A DNA stretch of 60,420 nt, counting the filler, from Platydemus manokwari (taxonomy: Eukaryota), in the NCBI GenBank assembly GCA_037951405.1. It is 5 parts of 5 records of this genome, joined end to end, with 100 filler letters (N's around TTAATTAATTAA, not from the genome) between each part and the next. Parts side by side here need not be neighbours in the genome. Positions count along the whole stretch, not along the records: positions 37,584 to 47,860 come from JBBMOY011149771.1; positions 47,961 to 60,420 come from JBBMOY010127788.1; 3 more parts are not named here. The stretch is one strand, 5' to 3'. The notes under the pieces are model-generated. The model was not told where the DNA came from and made no database searches. It was given only the letters and a program-made list of their open reading frames with translations. Made by a program: the position numbers and the translations under genes. This document shows positions 41,501-54,704 of the stretch, in pieces (position 1 is the stretch's first letter; each line of letters begins with the position of its first letter).

Positions 41501-44062
41501 CAGCAAATAGTTTAGTGAGTGTTTCTATTTAGTTATCGCGCATTGTTCTAAATTCGGTAAAGATTCAGATGATCAGAAATATTTTCTCTTTTATCATGGA
41601 AAACTCTTAAGTGTTTCAAGTCAAATTTTACTTAAAGATTTTAGTCAAAATTTATATGCTACATTATATACTCGTTACATTATAGACCATATTTTAAAGG
41701 ATAGTTTATTAATTGATATGAAGTATACCATTTTTATATTTTGATTCATCTAAAAACCAATTTACTTTCCGGAAGTAATAAATTTCATATGTCTCGTAAG
41801 TGTCGTACTAGAGCTTGTTAAAACTAACAACTCCAGAAATATTAAGAGTAATATCAAAGCAAAAGAATAGTTCTACCTAGCTAATTATCATAAGGAATAT
41901 TGTAAATAATGTTATGATCATTTTTAAACTTTCAGGTTGATCAGTCTACAACCCCTGTTGTTGAAATTCAAAAAACAGGCGATGGCGAAATTGGGGAATT
42001 GCAGAATATATTTCACAATAGGAAAAATGAGGTAGAAATATTATTTTACAATTTATTCGAACGATATTTTAATTTCAAAAAATCAAAAAATCTTAGGATA
42101 AAAGGCATAAATCTCAACTAACTAGTTATGAAATAAACAACCCAGTTTTTAAAATTACAACAAATGTGGAATAATAAACAAAAATGAACTTAGCAACTAA
42201 ATATACGCAAATTAACCAACGGAAACACATCCCTAATCAATAAGTTAAATGGTTATTGTGCGCCGTTACTATCTTACTAACCCTATTTTCAAAACAATCT
42301 GAAAAGTCAAGACACTAAATAATGTTCGAATAATAATTATTAAAACAACTTAATATTTCATAAAAATGCGATTTAAAAGTTTATCCAATTTCAATTCAAA
42401 ATTCTTAATTATCGCCACCGAATTCTCTAAATGTTATCTAATTTAAAATTTCAATTTTTTTTCGTATTAAAATATAAAAAAAAGAAACTTAATGAAGATA
42501 ATAAAACAGAAAATTCAAAATAATTGACCAATACCAAGTCAAAAAATAAATATATGATGGAAATAAATAAATTCAGAGTAGAATATAGAGGAATATAATC
42601 TAAACGCAAGTGCCAACCAGGAGCATAAATAAATAAATAATAATGATAAGCATTAAAAAGGTAAACCCAAACCATGTTGAAACATCTGAAATTGATCACT
42701 AACTCACTTTAACTTTTGCCTTTGAATGAAAACATTAAGGCGCAAAGCTTGTAGATCTGAGGAATATCAAAAGCACAAAATTATTATAAATACAGAAACA
42801 TTAACCTCAAATATTCTTCCAAGATTATCTAAAATAACTTGTGATGGTATATCTTATTCGAATTTCATTATTAACAAACAAGATTTTCAAGTCATTAAAG
42901 TAAATCATGAAAATCATTTAGGTTTAGCATATGATTCTCTTATAAAATTAGCAGATTATTTATACAATTTCATACTTAAAACTAGAAATAAATAAAAGAT
43001 TTATCCAAACTACAGATGGAATTTGATGATAGCTGTGATATTTAATTAGCTGTAAGGTTAGACATATGGTTTGGAAATTCTATCAATATCCTGCTCATCA
43101 TAGTAGTTTGTAAACGTAGGTTGCCTGTATAAATTCGAGTTACATAAATGTAAATGATTGATGACAAGTCACGTTTATTTGATTAATATGACGTATACAG
43201 TTATTTACTCATAATAATTATACAATAATAATAAATAAAGCAGGTGATTTATACCTTTGATGACTTTATAATTGTGACAATAACGTGACCTGAAAAAAAT
43301 TAAAAACCCGTGTTGGAAACCACTGCCACAAAAATGTAGTGAAAATGGAGGTCTGTGAAGATAAGTTAGGAAGATGTCAAATAATCTTTGAGAACTTTGA
43401 CATGGTAAATTTATAATTCAATAACTTCCTTGCAGGCAATATTAGCAATAATAATAATTAATTATATAAAATGAAATTTACTCATATCTGTTGTTTATTT
43501 TGTGTCTCCATGTTTGCCAAAATTATATTTGTGATAAATCTGTATTTTGTTTCCTTTTATAAACTGTTTTCTGTTTACTTTCTCGATTATTAATTTATTG
43601 CTTTTTGATTTTCTATTGCAGTCGTTATCACAACCACATATGGTCAAGGCAGCTTGAGGTGTTTTCATGATTGTAATGTTTTATATATTTTTTTTATTCA
43701 ATAGTGATTACTAGAAAATATATAATTTAAAATTTGTGACATAAACACTATTATTATCTTTACTTATCTTTTCAGCCCGGGGCATCTTCATCATGTGTCA
43801 TTGAAGTTCAAAGAACTGGCGATGAAGAAGTCGAGGAATTGAAGAACACAATTCAACAGATGCGAAATGAGGTAGAAACATTATTTTGCCATCTTAGTTG
43901 TCATGAAATAATTTTCAGAAAACATGTGTTATCTGCAGAGATCATCCTATCAGTGTCACATTTGGTTGTGGTCATGTTTCATGCGATCTTTGTGCTAATA
44001 ATTTGTCAAGATGCCATATTTGTCGAATCCTTATTGATCAGAAAATCAAATTTTTTCAATAA
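38519..44062 (+). CDS. Mind bomb (MIB1/MIB2)-like E3 ubiquitin ligase: Mib repeat, ankyrin repeats, coiled coil, RING (5' end not identified)
   Basis: Exons 38519-38632 (LKIGDKV...QEHHGGW) and 38946-39060; ankyrin exons 39274-39540, 39896-40048 and ~40938-41514; 96-nt exons 41936-42031 and 43776-43871; RING exon 43919-44062 (CVICRDHPISVTFGCGHVSCDLCANNLSRCHICR). Confidence 0.85.
40225..40688. repeat. ~70-bp direct repeat x2 in an intron (40225-40295, 40619-40688)
   Basis: TGACTCTTAAATAG..CAG.CATCAGGTT.AGTTTT...ATGGCGGATAT in both copies. Confidence 0.85.
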
Positions 44063-45674
44063 CCAAGATATTATTTTCCATTTTACTAATATTTTCATTT
44101 TACTAAAAATAGATTGTCATTCTTTGTAATTTTATTAAATTTAGATTTTCTATCCAATTGTTGCTTAGAAACGCAATATTTATATTACAAATATTTTGTA
44201 TTTATTCATCAAAATGGCGTATTTTACTGAATATTGAAATTATTTTTTACATCTGTAAAATATTATTACTTCATGTAAATATTATTTATTTATCGTTGAT
44301 TATAATAAAATTATAAATGCAGATCCTCGAATACAAGATGACTTGATAACTATTTAGTTCAATGTTTGTGTATTCGTATATTATCTGTCTCATTCACAAT
44401 TCTATGCAATACATGATGCATCTATCCCTGAAATCGAATAAACTCAATGCATTGAAATTAACACATAATATTACAATCAATAGACAAGAACAAAATTTTC
44501 AATCAAATTCAATAATCAAACCAATTTCTCAAATGATTTGATCTGATAAGAATATCAACAACAGTTAATTACTTTTAATTTATCACATTAACTCATTTTC
44601 TCTCTGCACCAATGGACTATATTGTCTTTGTTACTAGAAGTTTCTTAAGTTTGGATTCAATTGATATACACTCATAGCACAAAACAATTATCAAATACAT
44701 CAAGATATTTTATTAATGCTGTTAAGGTCTTATTAGACCTGATTTCTTTTTACTTCAATTTATGTTCGAAATTTTGTCCAAGTATAATCCACATCACTGT
44801 TCTAATGATTTAAGTATTTCCATTGTCATTGTACTTTGTATTTATTTTTAACTGAAGTCATAAACTCCAATCTATTATTTTTGCAATGTCATATAAAATT
44901 CATTTTCATTTTTAATAACCAATTAAATTTGACTGATTGTTCTCTCCATTCATTTTGTTTTCGTGTAACTTCCTATATTTGCAATTTTGCTTCATTAATA
45001 AATTCGTCTTGTTTAATGCTATTAGTAGCAACCTACTTCTTTATTATCTATGGTGGGTTTTGAGTTTCGTCAATTATAAACACTGATGTTCGTCAATGAG
45101 TTTCACCAAAACGATTTCACTATATCGTATTTTAGAATAACACTGCTAAAGTACTGATCTATATTACTACTCTATGATATTATATTGAACAAAATAATTT
45201 TTTTAAAAATTACAAAATTAGAAAAACTAATAAAACCATAAAATAAAAACCTGTAAAAAAAAATTCCAAAAATGAATGTATATAAATGTCAATTTTGCGA
45301 CTCAACATTTAAAACCATTCAAGCTTTAAAAGCTCATCAATAATCTAAAAGGCGTAGCAAAATTTAATGAAATTACCAATGAGCGTATCTCAGCTTTATA
45401 CCGCAATCAAAATTCGTCTGCCAAAGACAATGGAGGAGAGTCAATTAATAACAATGAAATAACTTCCGTTGATAATACAAGTAATATTACTAAATTTGTT
45501 AAATTCATTAAAAATTTTCAAAAAAACGAAATTATAATTTCTTAATTTTCAGAATTAACCGATAATATTTTAAAATACATTTGCAATTTAACTTTAAAAT
45601 AGTAATTGAAATTATATTATTGCTAACTAAACCGATTCAAATGAAATAAAAAAAATGGAGTGGGATAAAATTAC

Positions 45675-46159
45675 TTAAAACCAGTTATTAAATGCAATAA
45701 ATGATTTTCCACAAAAGTAAGAAGATTTACTAAAACTTTATCGTGACTAGAATTTACTAAAATTTGGCAATTTATATGTGTATGTCTACATTTAAAATTT
45801 TCAATTATATTTCCATTAATTTGATTTATTACTTATTAAAATAGGTTCACTAGATAAAAAGTTAGAAATTTTACTCAATTCAAACTCGGAACCCCTTCAT
45901 AACCCTTCTCAATACCCCTCTACTTTAAACCAGTAATGCAATGCAATCAATGATTTTCCACAAAATTTAGAAGATTTATTAAAACTTAATTGTAAATAAA
46001 ATTTACTAGGATTTGAAAATTAATGTGTATATGTTCTCATTTAAATTTCCCTATTAAATTGACATATTTTTTCAAAAATCGGTTAACTAGATCAAAAGTT
46101 AGAAATTTTATTCAATTCAAACTCGAAACTTCTTCAAAACCTTTCTCAATACCTCTCTG
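45675..46159. repeat. Tandem duplication of a ~240-bp unit
   Basis: Units 45675-45923 and 45924-46159 share AATGATTTTCCACAAAA, GAAGATTTA, AAAAGTTAGAAATTTTA and CAATTCAAACTCG. Confidence 0.9.
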
Positions 46160-47216
46160 AATATGTGTTAGGTTTAAAAACACCAAAACCCACAACTAAA
46201 TTAACAATTTTCAAATTTATCGATGAAATTTGAAATTATCGAGAAAGTGAGTATGTGTGTAGAAACTCTTCCCCTCATTACGTTTGTATGTTATTATTAA
46301 TATTTTCAATAATAAAATAATTGTTTCATCATAAAATTATAATATTTCATAAAGTTTGCAAAACAAAAAATTTGAAAAAATACGAATTAAAAATAAGACG
46401 AATCAATGAAACGTATGGAAATTTGGAAAACGAAAAAAACAAAATGTATTTTTACCAAAAAAATATAGAATTTATTTTGTAAATTTTCATTTAATTTTCA
46501 TCATTTCAAAATTAATCAGAAATTTTTTTGTAGAAATAATTTATATTATTTAATATTTTAATGAAAAGAAAGTAGTTTTTTAATACCCAATTTAAAAAAT
46601 ATGAAATCAAGAGTGCAAATGGGGAATTAATAAAAATCGAGAATAAAAAAATAGTTCTTTTGAATAAAGAATCTTATGATAATAGTTATTTTTCCCTTGA
46701 AGAAATAACTGAGGGTCTAGGGAAAGTTATAGAAAGTGATGAAAAGTTAAATAAGAAAAATATAGTAAACAAAATATTTATTTGTGATCTACTAAATAAA
46801 TTAACATTTCGTTATTAAAATATTCATATGGCAATAGTTTTCTAAATAGAAAAAACAATCAAATTAGAAAACTATATGCACATTTCGCATGAACATTATT
46901 TTTACTTGCAGAAAGTTATCCAAATATTCAAATGATCTCAGTTTCACTGCAATATTTCAAATCGAATTTCCCAATAATCAAGGAAATAATTGAAAACGAA
47001 AGATTTTGGACCCACTCAAATTTTTGACATTCACCTTTGGTGATGATTTCCCATTATGATATTGTCTGATATGATCTGATATTATGAATACAAAATTGAT
47101 ATAGTTTTAAGATTATTGTTGCCATCATTATTATCAGTTTTAAGCGTAAAAATAATTATGAGATATTTTTTATTAAGAATAATATTTAATGTTAACAAAA
47201 TGTTTCACACGTGAAA

Positions 47217-47360
47217 CTAATAATAATATATTTGTATTATGATTTATGTTTTTGTTAGCAAAAACCTAATAATAATATATTTTTATTATGATTTATATTT
47301 TTGTTAGCAAAATCCTAGTAATAATATATTTTTATGATGAATAATAATTATTGTTAACAA
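47217..47360. repeat. 49-bp minisatellite, ~3 copies
   Basis: Units start at 47217, 47266 and 47315 (CTAATAATAATATATTT.TATTATGATTTAT.TTTTTGTTAGCAAAA). Confidence 0.9.
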
Positions 47361-47416
47361 TAATAACAAAGAAACTATAAAGATAAATCAATTGAGTTCT
47401 TTTTTTCAACACAAAT

Positions 47417-47750
47417 CTAAAATTTGGTTTTAATCAAATCAATACTATAAAATCTTCCAAATATCTTTTCATTATTTAAATTAATCATTCTATAAGTTAT
47501 AGGTTTGGTATTACAAACCTCTTTAATAATAAATATTTCTTTTGAATATTTTGTGGTATAGACTTCTTCAAATTTATCTTTATATCTAAAAGTTCTTACT
47601 GGATCTAAAACTTTAAAATCTGGTTTAGTATTTAAATTATTATTAAAATTATTTCATTCTTCAATTTTTTCTTTAATTATTTCAGGGTTTTTTACTTGCT
47701 TCAACAGGGGTAACTCCAATATTTGCATGCATTTCATTATTATTGTTAGC
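47417..47750 (-). pseudogene. Polinton/Maverick-type retroviral integrase, C-terminal remnant
   Basis: NNEMHANIGVTPVEASK...KPDFKVLDPVRTFRYKDKFEEVYTTKYSKEIFIIKEVCNTKPITYRM...IFGRFYSIDLIK, with one frameshift and one internal stop. Confidence 0.85.
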
Positions 47751-47860
47751 CGCTACTATTTTAAAATCCACACATTAAAAACGAACTGAAAAGTCAAGAC
47801 ACCGGAAATCTATTTAATTACAAATATTTAAACAAATGAATTTAATTTTACATAAATATG

Positions 47861-47960
47861 NNNNNNNNNNNNNNNNNNNNNNNNNNNNNNNNNNNNNNNN
47901 NNNNTTAATTAATTAANNNNNNNNNNNNNNNNNNNNNNNNNNNNNNNNNNNNNNNNNNNN
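47861..47960. other. Artificial contig linker
   Basis: 44N-TTAATTAATTAA-44N. Confidence 0.98.
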
Positions 47961-48255
47961 TTATATAGTCAATAAATCAATAACTCTTTGTTTTAAATTA
48001 TTTTTCTTTTAATTAACAGTTTATTTTTAGTATGTACATATTTTAATAATTTATATATGATTTTATTAATTAACTATTAGATTAATCCTTTAATTTAAAA
48101 TAAGTCATTTATTCTAACATTATTTATTTCAAGAAAAAATAAAATGATTTATCTTCTGTTTTTTATATTATATATTAAAAAATCAACGTTACTATATAAA
48201 TAATGAAATTCAATTGATTTAATATCAAAATTGTAGAAATTAACAATTAGCCTAA

Positions 48256-48986
48256 ATGGGTAATTTCTTTTCCAAAAAACAATCTAAAATTTCTAAGCAA
48301 GATGAAGCTGTTTTGCAATTAAAGCAAATTCGGGACAAGTTAAAATTATATCAAAAGAAAATCGATAACCAAATTGAACATGATCGATTGGTTGCTAAAA
48401 AGCTACTGGAACTTAATAAAAAAGAGTAACTAGATTTTTAAAATATTTATATAAAAATCAATTCAGCAAAGCATTGCTATTGCTTCGTAAAAAGAAGTAT
48501 CAAGAATCACTGATAGATAAGTCTCAGAATCAATTGGAAAATATATTAAAACTGATAGATGATATTGAATTTACTCAAATAGAAACTCAAGTCGTTAAAG
48601 GATTGGATGAAGGAAATAAAGCCTTAAAATGTCTTCACCAGTTTTTAAATTTAGAAAATGTTGAATCCATTCTAGATGAAACTAGAGAATCTATCGAATA
48701 TCAAAAGGTTAATTTTATTTATTTTTTCAAACTGAGATTATGTTTTTAGGAAATTGATAGTCTTATTTCCGGAGGCCTAACAGCCGAAGAAGAGTTAGAC
48801 ATTGAAAAAGAATTAGATGAACTTTTGTTATTGAGTTTACCGGATGTTCCCACAAGTGAATTATCTGTCACAAAAGCAAGTAAAGACAAAAGAGTTCAGA
48901 AGGGTTTGTTTTGTATCAATCTGTTATGTTTAACAAAGTTTGTTTTAGAGCATGTTCAAACTGAAAGAGTACTTTTGACCAGTTAA
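48256..48986 (+). CDS. CHMP6: Charged multivesicular body protein 6 (Vps20, ESCRT-III), 4 exons
   Basis: MGNFFSKK myristoylation-type start, QDEAVLQLKQIRDKLK, ALLLLRKKKYQESL, LPDVP; three ~41-45 nt GT-AG introns. Confidence 0.95.
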
Positions 48987-49239
48987 ATATGTTGTTAAGT
49001 TGATTAATTTTATTATACGGTGATTCCGTAATTTCACTCTGAAATAATTTGATTTTATAATATGCTTTAATATTTTTCTAATAATTTTTAATCATCTGAT
49101 GTTTGAAATTTAATTATTAAATATTTTTATCAATTATTATTTTTAACAACTAATGTAAGCTTTGTGTCAATGACTTCTCTTAGCTAATCAATGTTTTTCA
49201 AATATCATAAATAATCCAAATATTATGGTATTGTGTCAA

Positions 49240-51900
49240 TACAATATTAAAGATAAATTAATATTCTATCAATTATCGTTGTGGGAAAAAGTATTTTTTA
49301 GATATAAACGTATAGTTATAGAAGAATGTCGAATAGATAGTCAAATTCACACTATCTGAAAATGTATCTATGCAACTAATCTGATTCCTTCTGCTGCAAG
49401 GTTGAGATTATGATATATGATAAAAATTAGAAACATTGATATTATGTAAGTCCATAAGGTACTAATGTGGATGATTAAACTGGAGTGAAGTGACTGAGGA
49501 CTGATATTTGATTACAAAATTTTTGTTGGATATAGATGCTTCTAATTGTTTATCAAGAGATATCACAGAATGAGCTCAGTGAATTTTATTTATTTCTATT
49601 AAATATAAAATTATCGAAATCAAGTCTACTAACAAAGTCAACAAAATTAATATCCAATTCGCCCAGTATTAAGCTTGATAAATGTGTAAAGACGCATGGC
49701 TGTCCGTAATCGGATTGGTGTATTACTCTTTCTATATGGTAATCCAATTATAACAAACAAAAATCACTTTAATTTATCTAAACATTAATTACATCAGAAA
49801 TTTTTTTAAAATGGGATTTAGCTTTTTGTGGTATGGATTGGATACCTCTTTGATGAAATGTTATTAAAAATATTTTATAGAATAAATTTTAGAAAATTAA
49901 ACCAGTGGAAACTAAATACCCAAAACAAATAATAATAATCATACAATTATTTCAAAAAATCCAGGTAGTCACTCCAAAAATAGAAATTTTATAATAATAT
50001 ATTAATACTAAAAAATAGAAAAAATAATTAGAAGATATTAAAATTAGGACACAAATAAGTTGAAGATCTAAAAATAGTATAGATTAAATATAAAAATGAT
50101 AACTTAAGGAAATCATATAATACAAAAAAGCAAACAATATTGTTATTTTTTATGGGTTTTTAATATTACTTTCGAAAGAGCTAAAAAATGTGTAGGATTC
50201 ATAAATTCGAAAAATCGTTATTGATTTGTGAAAAAATTATTGTTATTATAATTTGACTCTTCCAAGTGCATTTCTTTACAGATAGTTGGGCTTAACAGTC
50301 CAGCAACCACGAATTTTTTATGATTGTGTTGGATGGGATCCAAGCCAAATATATTACTAAACATTGAACAATTATTAGTTATCAAAATAGTAAGTATCAT
50401 TAAATTTGATGAGCTTAAAGATACGCAAAACGAGATAAAACAAATAAATTAAAGATAAAATAGTCTATGAGGTCTTGATTAATGATGCAGTTGTAATCTA
50501 TCTGATTTTGTTTAATCTTCACCTCGTACAACAATAGGTTTATCAATAGTAATATATCATAACGACCAGCCTCAACTTATGTAACTTATTTAAATTTCTA
50601 ATTATGCTAACAACAATGATAATTAGCAATGAGTTATGATCCTTATTCAATCGAAAACTACAAACGTTTATTAATAATTAACACCGGTAAAAATGTCTAA
50701 CAAATAAAATGAAAATACAAATTGATTTTTGTACTAAACTTTACATCAACCTACTGATGGACCTTAACATAGTGTAACAAACCCAATTACCTGTCAAGAT
50801 GATTAAGTTAAACTTCTATAATAAGAGACAGACGATTTAATATAGAATGATATTTTATACAAATATGTCTTACTGTAGGACATTCCAGCAAAAACTTGGC
50901 ATTGTTAATATATAAACATAAACATTGATTAAATAAAACTTAATACAATAAAAATTAATGCACATGTCTTATGCATTGCCATGCATGGACGTGGGGTGTC
51001 TACCTGAACGCAGTATGATTATTGAGGTAAAATACTGTTTAATTAATTAATAAAATAATTTCTAAAAATTGTCATAGTAATTAACTATAGAATTGCTAAA
51101 AAATTCATCGTGGTTATCTAAAATTAAATAATTTAATAAAATAAATAGTGAATTTTCTAAAAATAAAATCAATTTTTAAATCCAGATAGAAAAATAAAAA
51201 CATTTTAAATTTCTTATGTAGAATTAACTTCAAAATAGGGTAAATAGAAATTTAAAAGTCTTTTAATTTATTAAGTACACCGGATTCGCCCTAATTAAAC
51301 TCATTCGTTGGATAGAGTATATAAGTCCCAATATCCAACAGTATTAACACTGGATATGCCCATAGAAATTCATTTTGAATCCTGGGCAATTTGAACAAAA
51401 ACTCATAAACTTCTGGATTGAATTTTGAAAATATAACTAGGCAACATTTTTCTCTTATGTTCTACTGATTTCCAAATTTTATTGAACTTTCATACTTTCA
51501 TATAGATTGATTGACAGAAATAATACAATAATATAATTAGTGTTTTTTTCTGAAAATTTTTAAGTCTCAAGAATTTTACATCCCTCATAATTGACTATTA
51601 CTGGTCAGTTTGATGCCTTTTGTTAAGTCATATGATTTCGTTGAATTTTCTTTAAAACTCAACAAAAAGTCCGTTTCATTCTGTTGCTTTCATATATATA
51701 TTTTACACGCAACACGTTATTCTGCTGTAAATCAGATAATTTGGGTTAGATTTTTACCAAACTGTATAGATTGTTTTTATTATCGAGTCATTACAATTAT
51801 ATGTGGAAAAAATTTGATTTTCGAGTTATGATTTGAAATTATTACGATTACTTTTTGTAAAAATTTCTACCAAAGCAAAGAGAATTTGAACTAATTTAAT
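49240..51900 (-). CDS. Probable multi-exon membrane protein gene, unidentified
   Basis: Exon-sized open segments with some AG/GT edges and hydrophobic peptides (e.g. LIIHISTLWTYIISMFLIFIIYHNL), filling a gap in an otherwise gene-dense contig. No complete model was built. Confidence 0.4.
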
Positions 51901-52049
51901 GATTAATCACATTTTGTAAATGTAACGAAATTACAAACTTCGAAATCCCAAAATTATTTTAGCTCATTTAAAAAATATTTGATTTTTAAGTAGAAAACAT
52001 TTTAGTATTTTAATTGAAAGCTTTGTTTAAACTATATATTTTTATTTAT

Positions 52050-52595
52050 ATGGCTTTAATAAGGCACCTGTTCAATAAATCGCGAAATTTATTAATAAAT
52101 AACCTTAGGTTAACAAATACTTCACGATTGCTCTTTTCGGATGAAATTTCATTTATAAAAAAACATAACACTTTGGATGAAAATACTAAAAAAAGAATTG
52201 AAGATGAAGTACAAAAAGAAACCAAAGTAATTAAACCATAATTAAATTCTAATATTTAATTTAATTAGAATTGGATATCTTATGGCTTCTCATTTACCGA
52301 TAAAGATGAAGACAAATTTCAATTCGTAGCAATAAATCTTGTCCTTATTAGTTTTTTTGGTTGTACGATGGCATTCATGTTAATATTTTATCCAAAGCAA
52401 AAGTATGCTATTATTTATGAGGTTCTTCAAACTATTTATTATAGAGAAAAGGATTGGGCAATGCGAGAAGCATATTTGGAATTAGCCAGGAGAGAAAAAT
52501 TAGGCTTACATCTTATTGATCCAAATTTTATACCTATTGAAAGAATTAATTTACCAACAGATGAAGAGTTAGGAGGATTCAAGCTCATTCTTTAA
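52050..52595 (+). CDS. NDUFB11: Complex I accessory subunit ESSS, 3 exons
   Basis: Mitochondrial presequence-like N-terminus, NWISYGF, one transmembrane helix, DWAMREAYLELARREKLGLHLIDPNFIP...LPTDEEL. Confidence 0.93.
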
Positions 52596-52657
52596 GTCAA
52601 ATAATATCCTAATAAAATTCAGTTAAGACTTTCATTTGTATTGTATTAATGAAAAAC

Positions 52658-54277
52658 TCAAATATCTGCTAGTCCTTTGACTAGTTTACTCTTCTTTTTA
52701 ATACTACCAATTGGAGCATGCTGAATAATATTTCGCTCTTTCCTATTTTGTTTTTGTTCGATAATCTTATGCTCTGCTGTAATCTTCTTAATTGTTTTGG
52801 GAATATTTCTGCGATTTTGTATTTTCTTGATTAGTGGATTTCTACTGTACTTTTCTCTCAATTTTTGTGCATCCCATAAGCTCACTTGCTCTCTTGGAGT
52901 TTTCTTAAAAAGGATTATTATAAAGTACTTGTTTGAATAATAAAATTACAGGTCCAAGTTTTTCAGCAGCATGTGTCTTCCATAATCGGACATTGTGGTC
53001 GCTGGACGATGACAAAATATACCTATCTTCATATGTATATTTAACAGCCAAAACTCTTGCCATTCTTTTATCAGAATATATTTCCCTGCATTGGGAATCT
53101 TCTTTGTTGAAAATACGAATCTAAACTAATATAATTTTTTTTAACTACAGGAAAATGTTTACTGTTTTATCAACACTGGCAGTAACAAACTCTAAACCTC
53201 TATTCGAGTAAGACACATCTGTAACTGATTTAACATGACCATTATGTACTTTCACAGGAGCTTTAAAATGTCGAATATCAAATGTGTATAAATTATAGTC
53301 TTCAGAGGCCGTAGTTAAATAAATAGGGAACCTTGGGTTAAAAGACATACTGGTACTTTTATGCGACATAGTAATCTAATATAAAGAAGTAATTTTAACT
53401 GCATCCTTATATTGTAGTAACCTGTGATGAAACTTCTGACTGTCGTATATCAAACAAATTGATTTTGTTATTCCTTGTTAGGGTGCATAAAATATCTGTT
53501 TCAGTAGGGTGAAATTTCACATAGTGTACACTTTCACGTTCCTTTCTACCAAATGCTGTGTATGGTTCAGTACTCCAGTGGTTTAATTTATAAATTAAAA
53601 CCGATTCGCTTGTTCCTACTGCAAAATGTTGATTAAAAAGCTGAGCGTTTAGACACTGGGGAAGGTCTTCTATTGGGAATGAATTAATAGGTTTTATGTC
53701 TTCGCCCCAGACGCCAGAATCAGATTTATTCATAAAATCCCAAAGATTTATAATTTTATCATATCCACACTACAATTAAATTTCCAATCATACTACATAT
53801 TTAATGTTTTACCGTTAGAAACCTAGATTCATCAAAATGTGAAACACCAACTATAATTCCTTCATGACTTTTAAAATCTGCAAGCTTTATATTCGAAGAA
53901 ATGTTCCAGTATTGAATCTAAATAATAATTATAGTTATAAAAGGAAAAGTATTAATAATTTGTACTCTTCCATCAGCTGTTCCGAATGCCGCTAAAGAAA
54001 TTTTCTTAGGGTCAACGCTTATGACTTGAACATCATCTAGTGCACCATCCAACGAACGAATAAATGGTTTCGATAAAAATCTTTCAATCTTAGAAGCATT
54101 TGTTGCTTTTACATATTCACGTTCTTGAGCAAAAGGATTAAAGGATGCATGATTTCTAGCAACTATTAAAAGTTAAACTATTATATTCTGACTAATTTTA
54201 CTTTTATGAATATCCTTTTTAGTTTCTCTAAGATAATCATTTGGATTTCTCACAATAATCTTAACTTTGTCCTCCAT
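52658..54277 (-). CDS. DCAF13: DDB1- and CUL4-associated factor 13 (Sof1/WDSOF1)
   Basis: VKIIVRNPNDYLRETKKDIHK, PFAQEREYVKA, ASEDYNLYTFDIR, SSSDHNVRLWK, Sof1 C-terminal domain; multiple short introns. Confidence 0.95.
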
Positions 54278-54704
54278 CAAGTATTTAAAAATAATATTTA
54301 AACAAATTTAACCTTTGTGATTGTTTTCAAAAATGAACATTCATTTTAAAAAAAATTGATAATACCACTTATTTATAATTTCTGTTTATAATTTGTGACA
54401 AAGTACATTAAAAATAACAAAAAGTAAGATGAGTATATATTATTATTTATGATTATCATTACAATTAAGATATTAATTAGTTCACAACTTTCTTTTTACG
54501 TTTTTAATGATTTTATGCATTTTTTAGTTTTTACTTTGAAAAGTTTAATAATATTAATTATTAACAATAGATTTTGTTAAAACTTAGAGAATGTATTTGA
54601 ACAACATATACGACTATTTAAAATTTAAATGTATTTATAATTTAATACATTTAATAATACTAGTTTGATAAATAATTGATTTTATTTAGGTTTTAAAATG
54701 TACT

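Larger units (their letters stand above)
44530..47750. mobile_element. Decayed Polinton/Maverick fragment
   Basis: Integrase C-terminus at 47417-47750 (-), a stop-truncated C2H2-like finger at 45272-45343 (+), and possible pPolB N-terminal remnants at 44530-45060 (-). Boundaries are uncertain. Confidence 0.55.

Noticed and set aside
42726-42995. 89-aa ORF inside the Mind bomb-like intron
   Set aside because: No identifiable family; more likely a repeat remnant than a nested gene.
47217-47360. CRISPR-like array
   Set aside because: Head-to-tail 49-bp units with no unique spacers, no cas genes, and a eukaryotic context.
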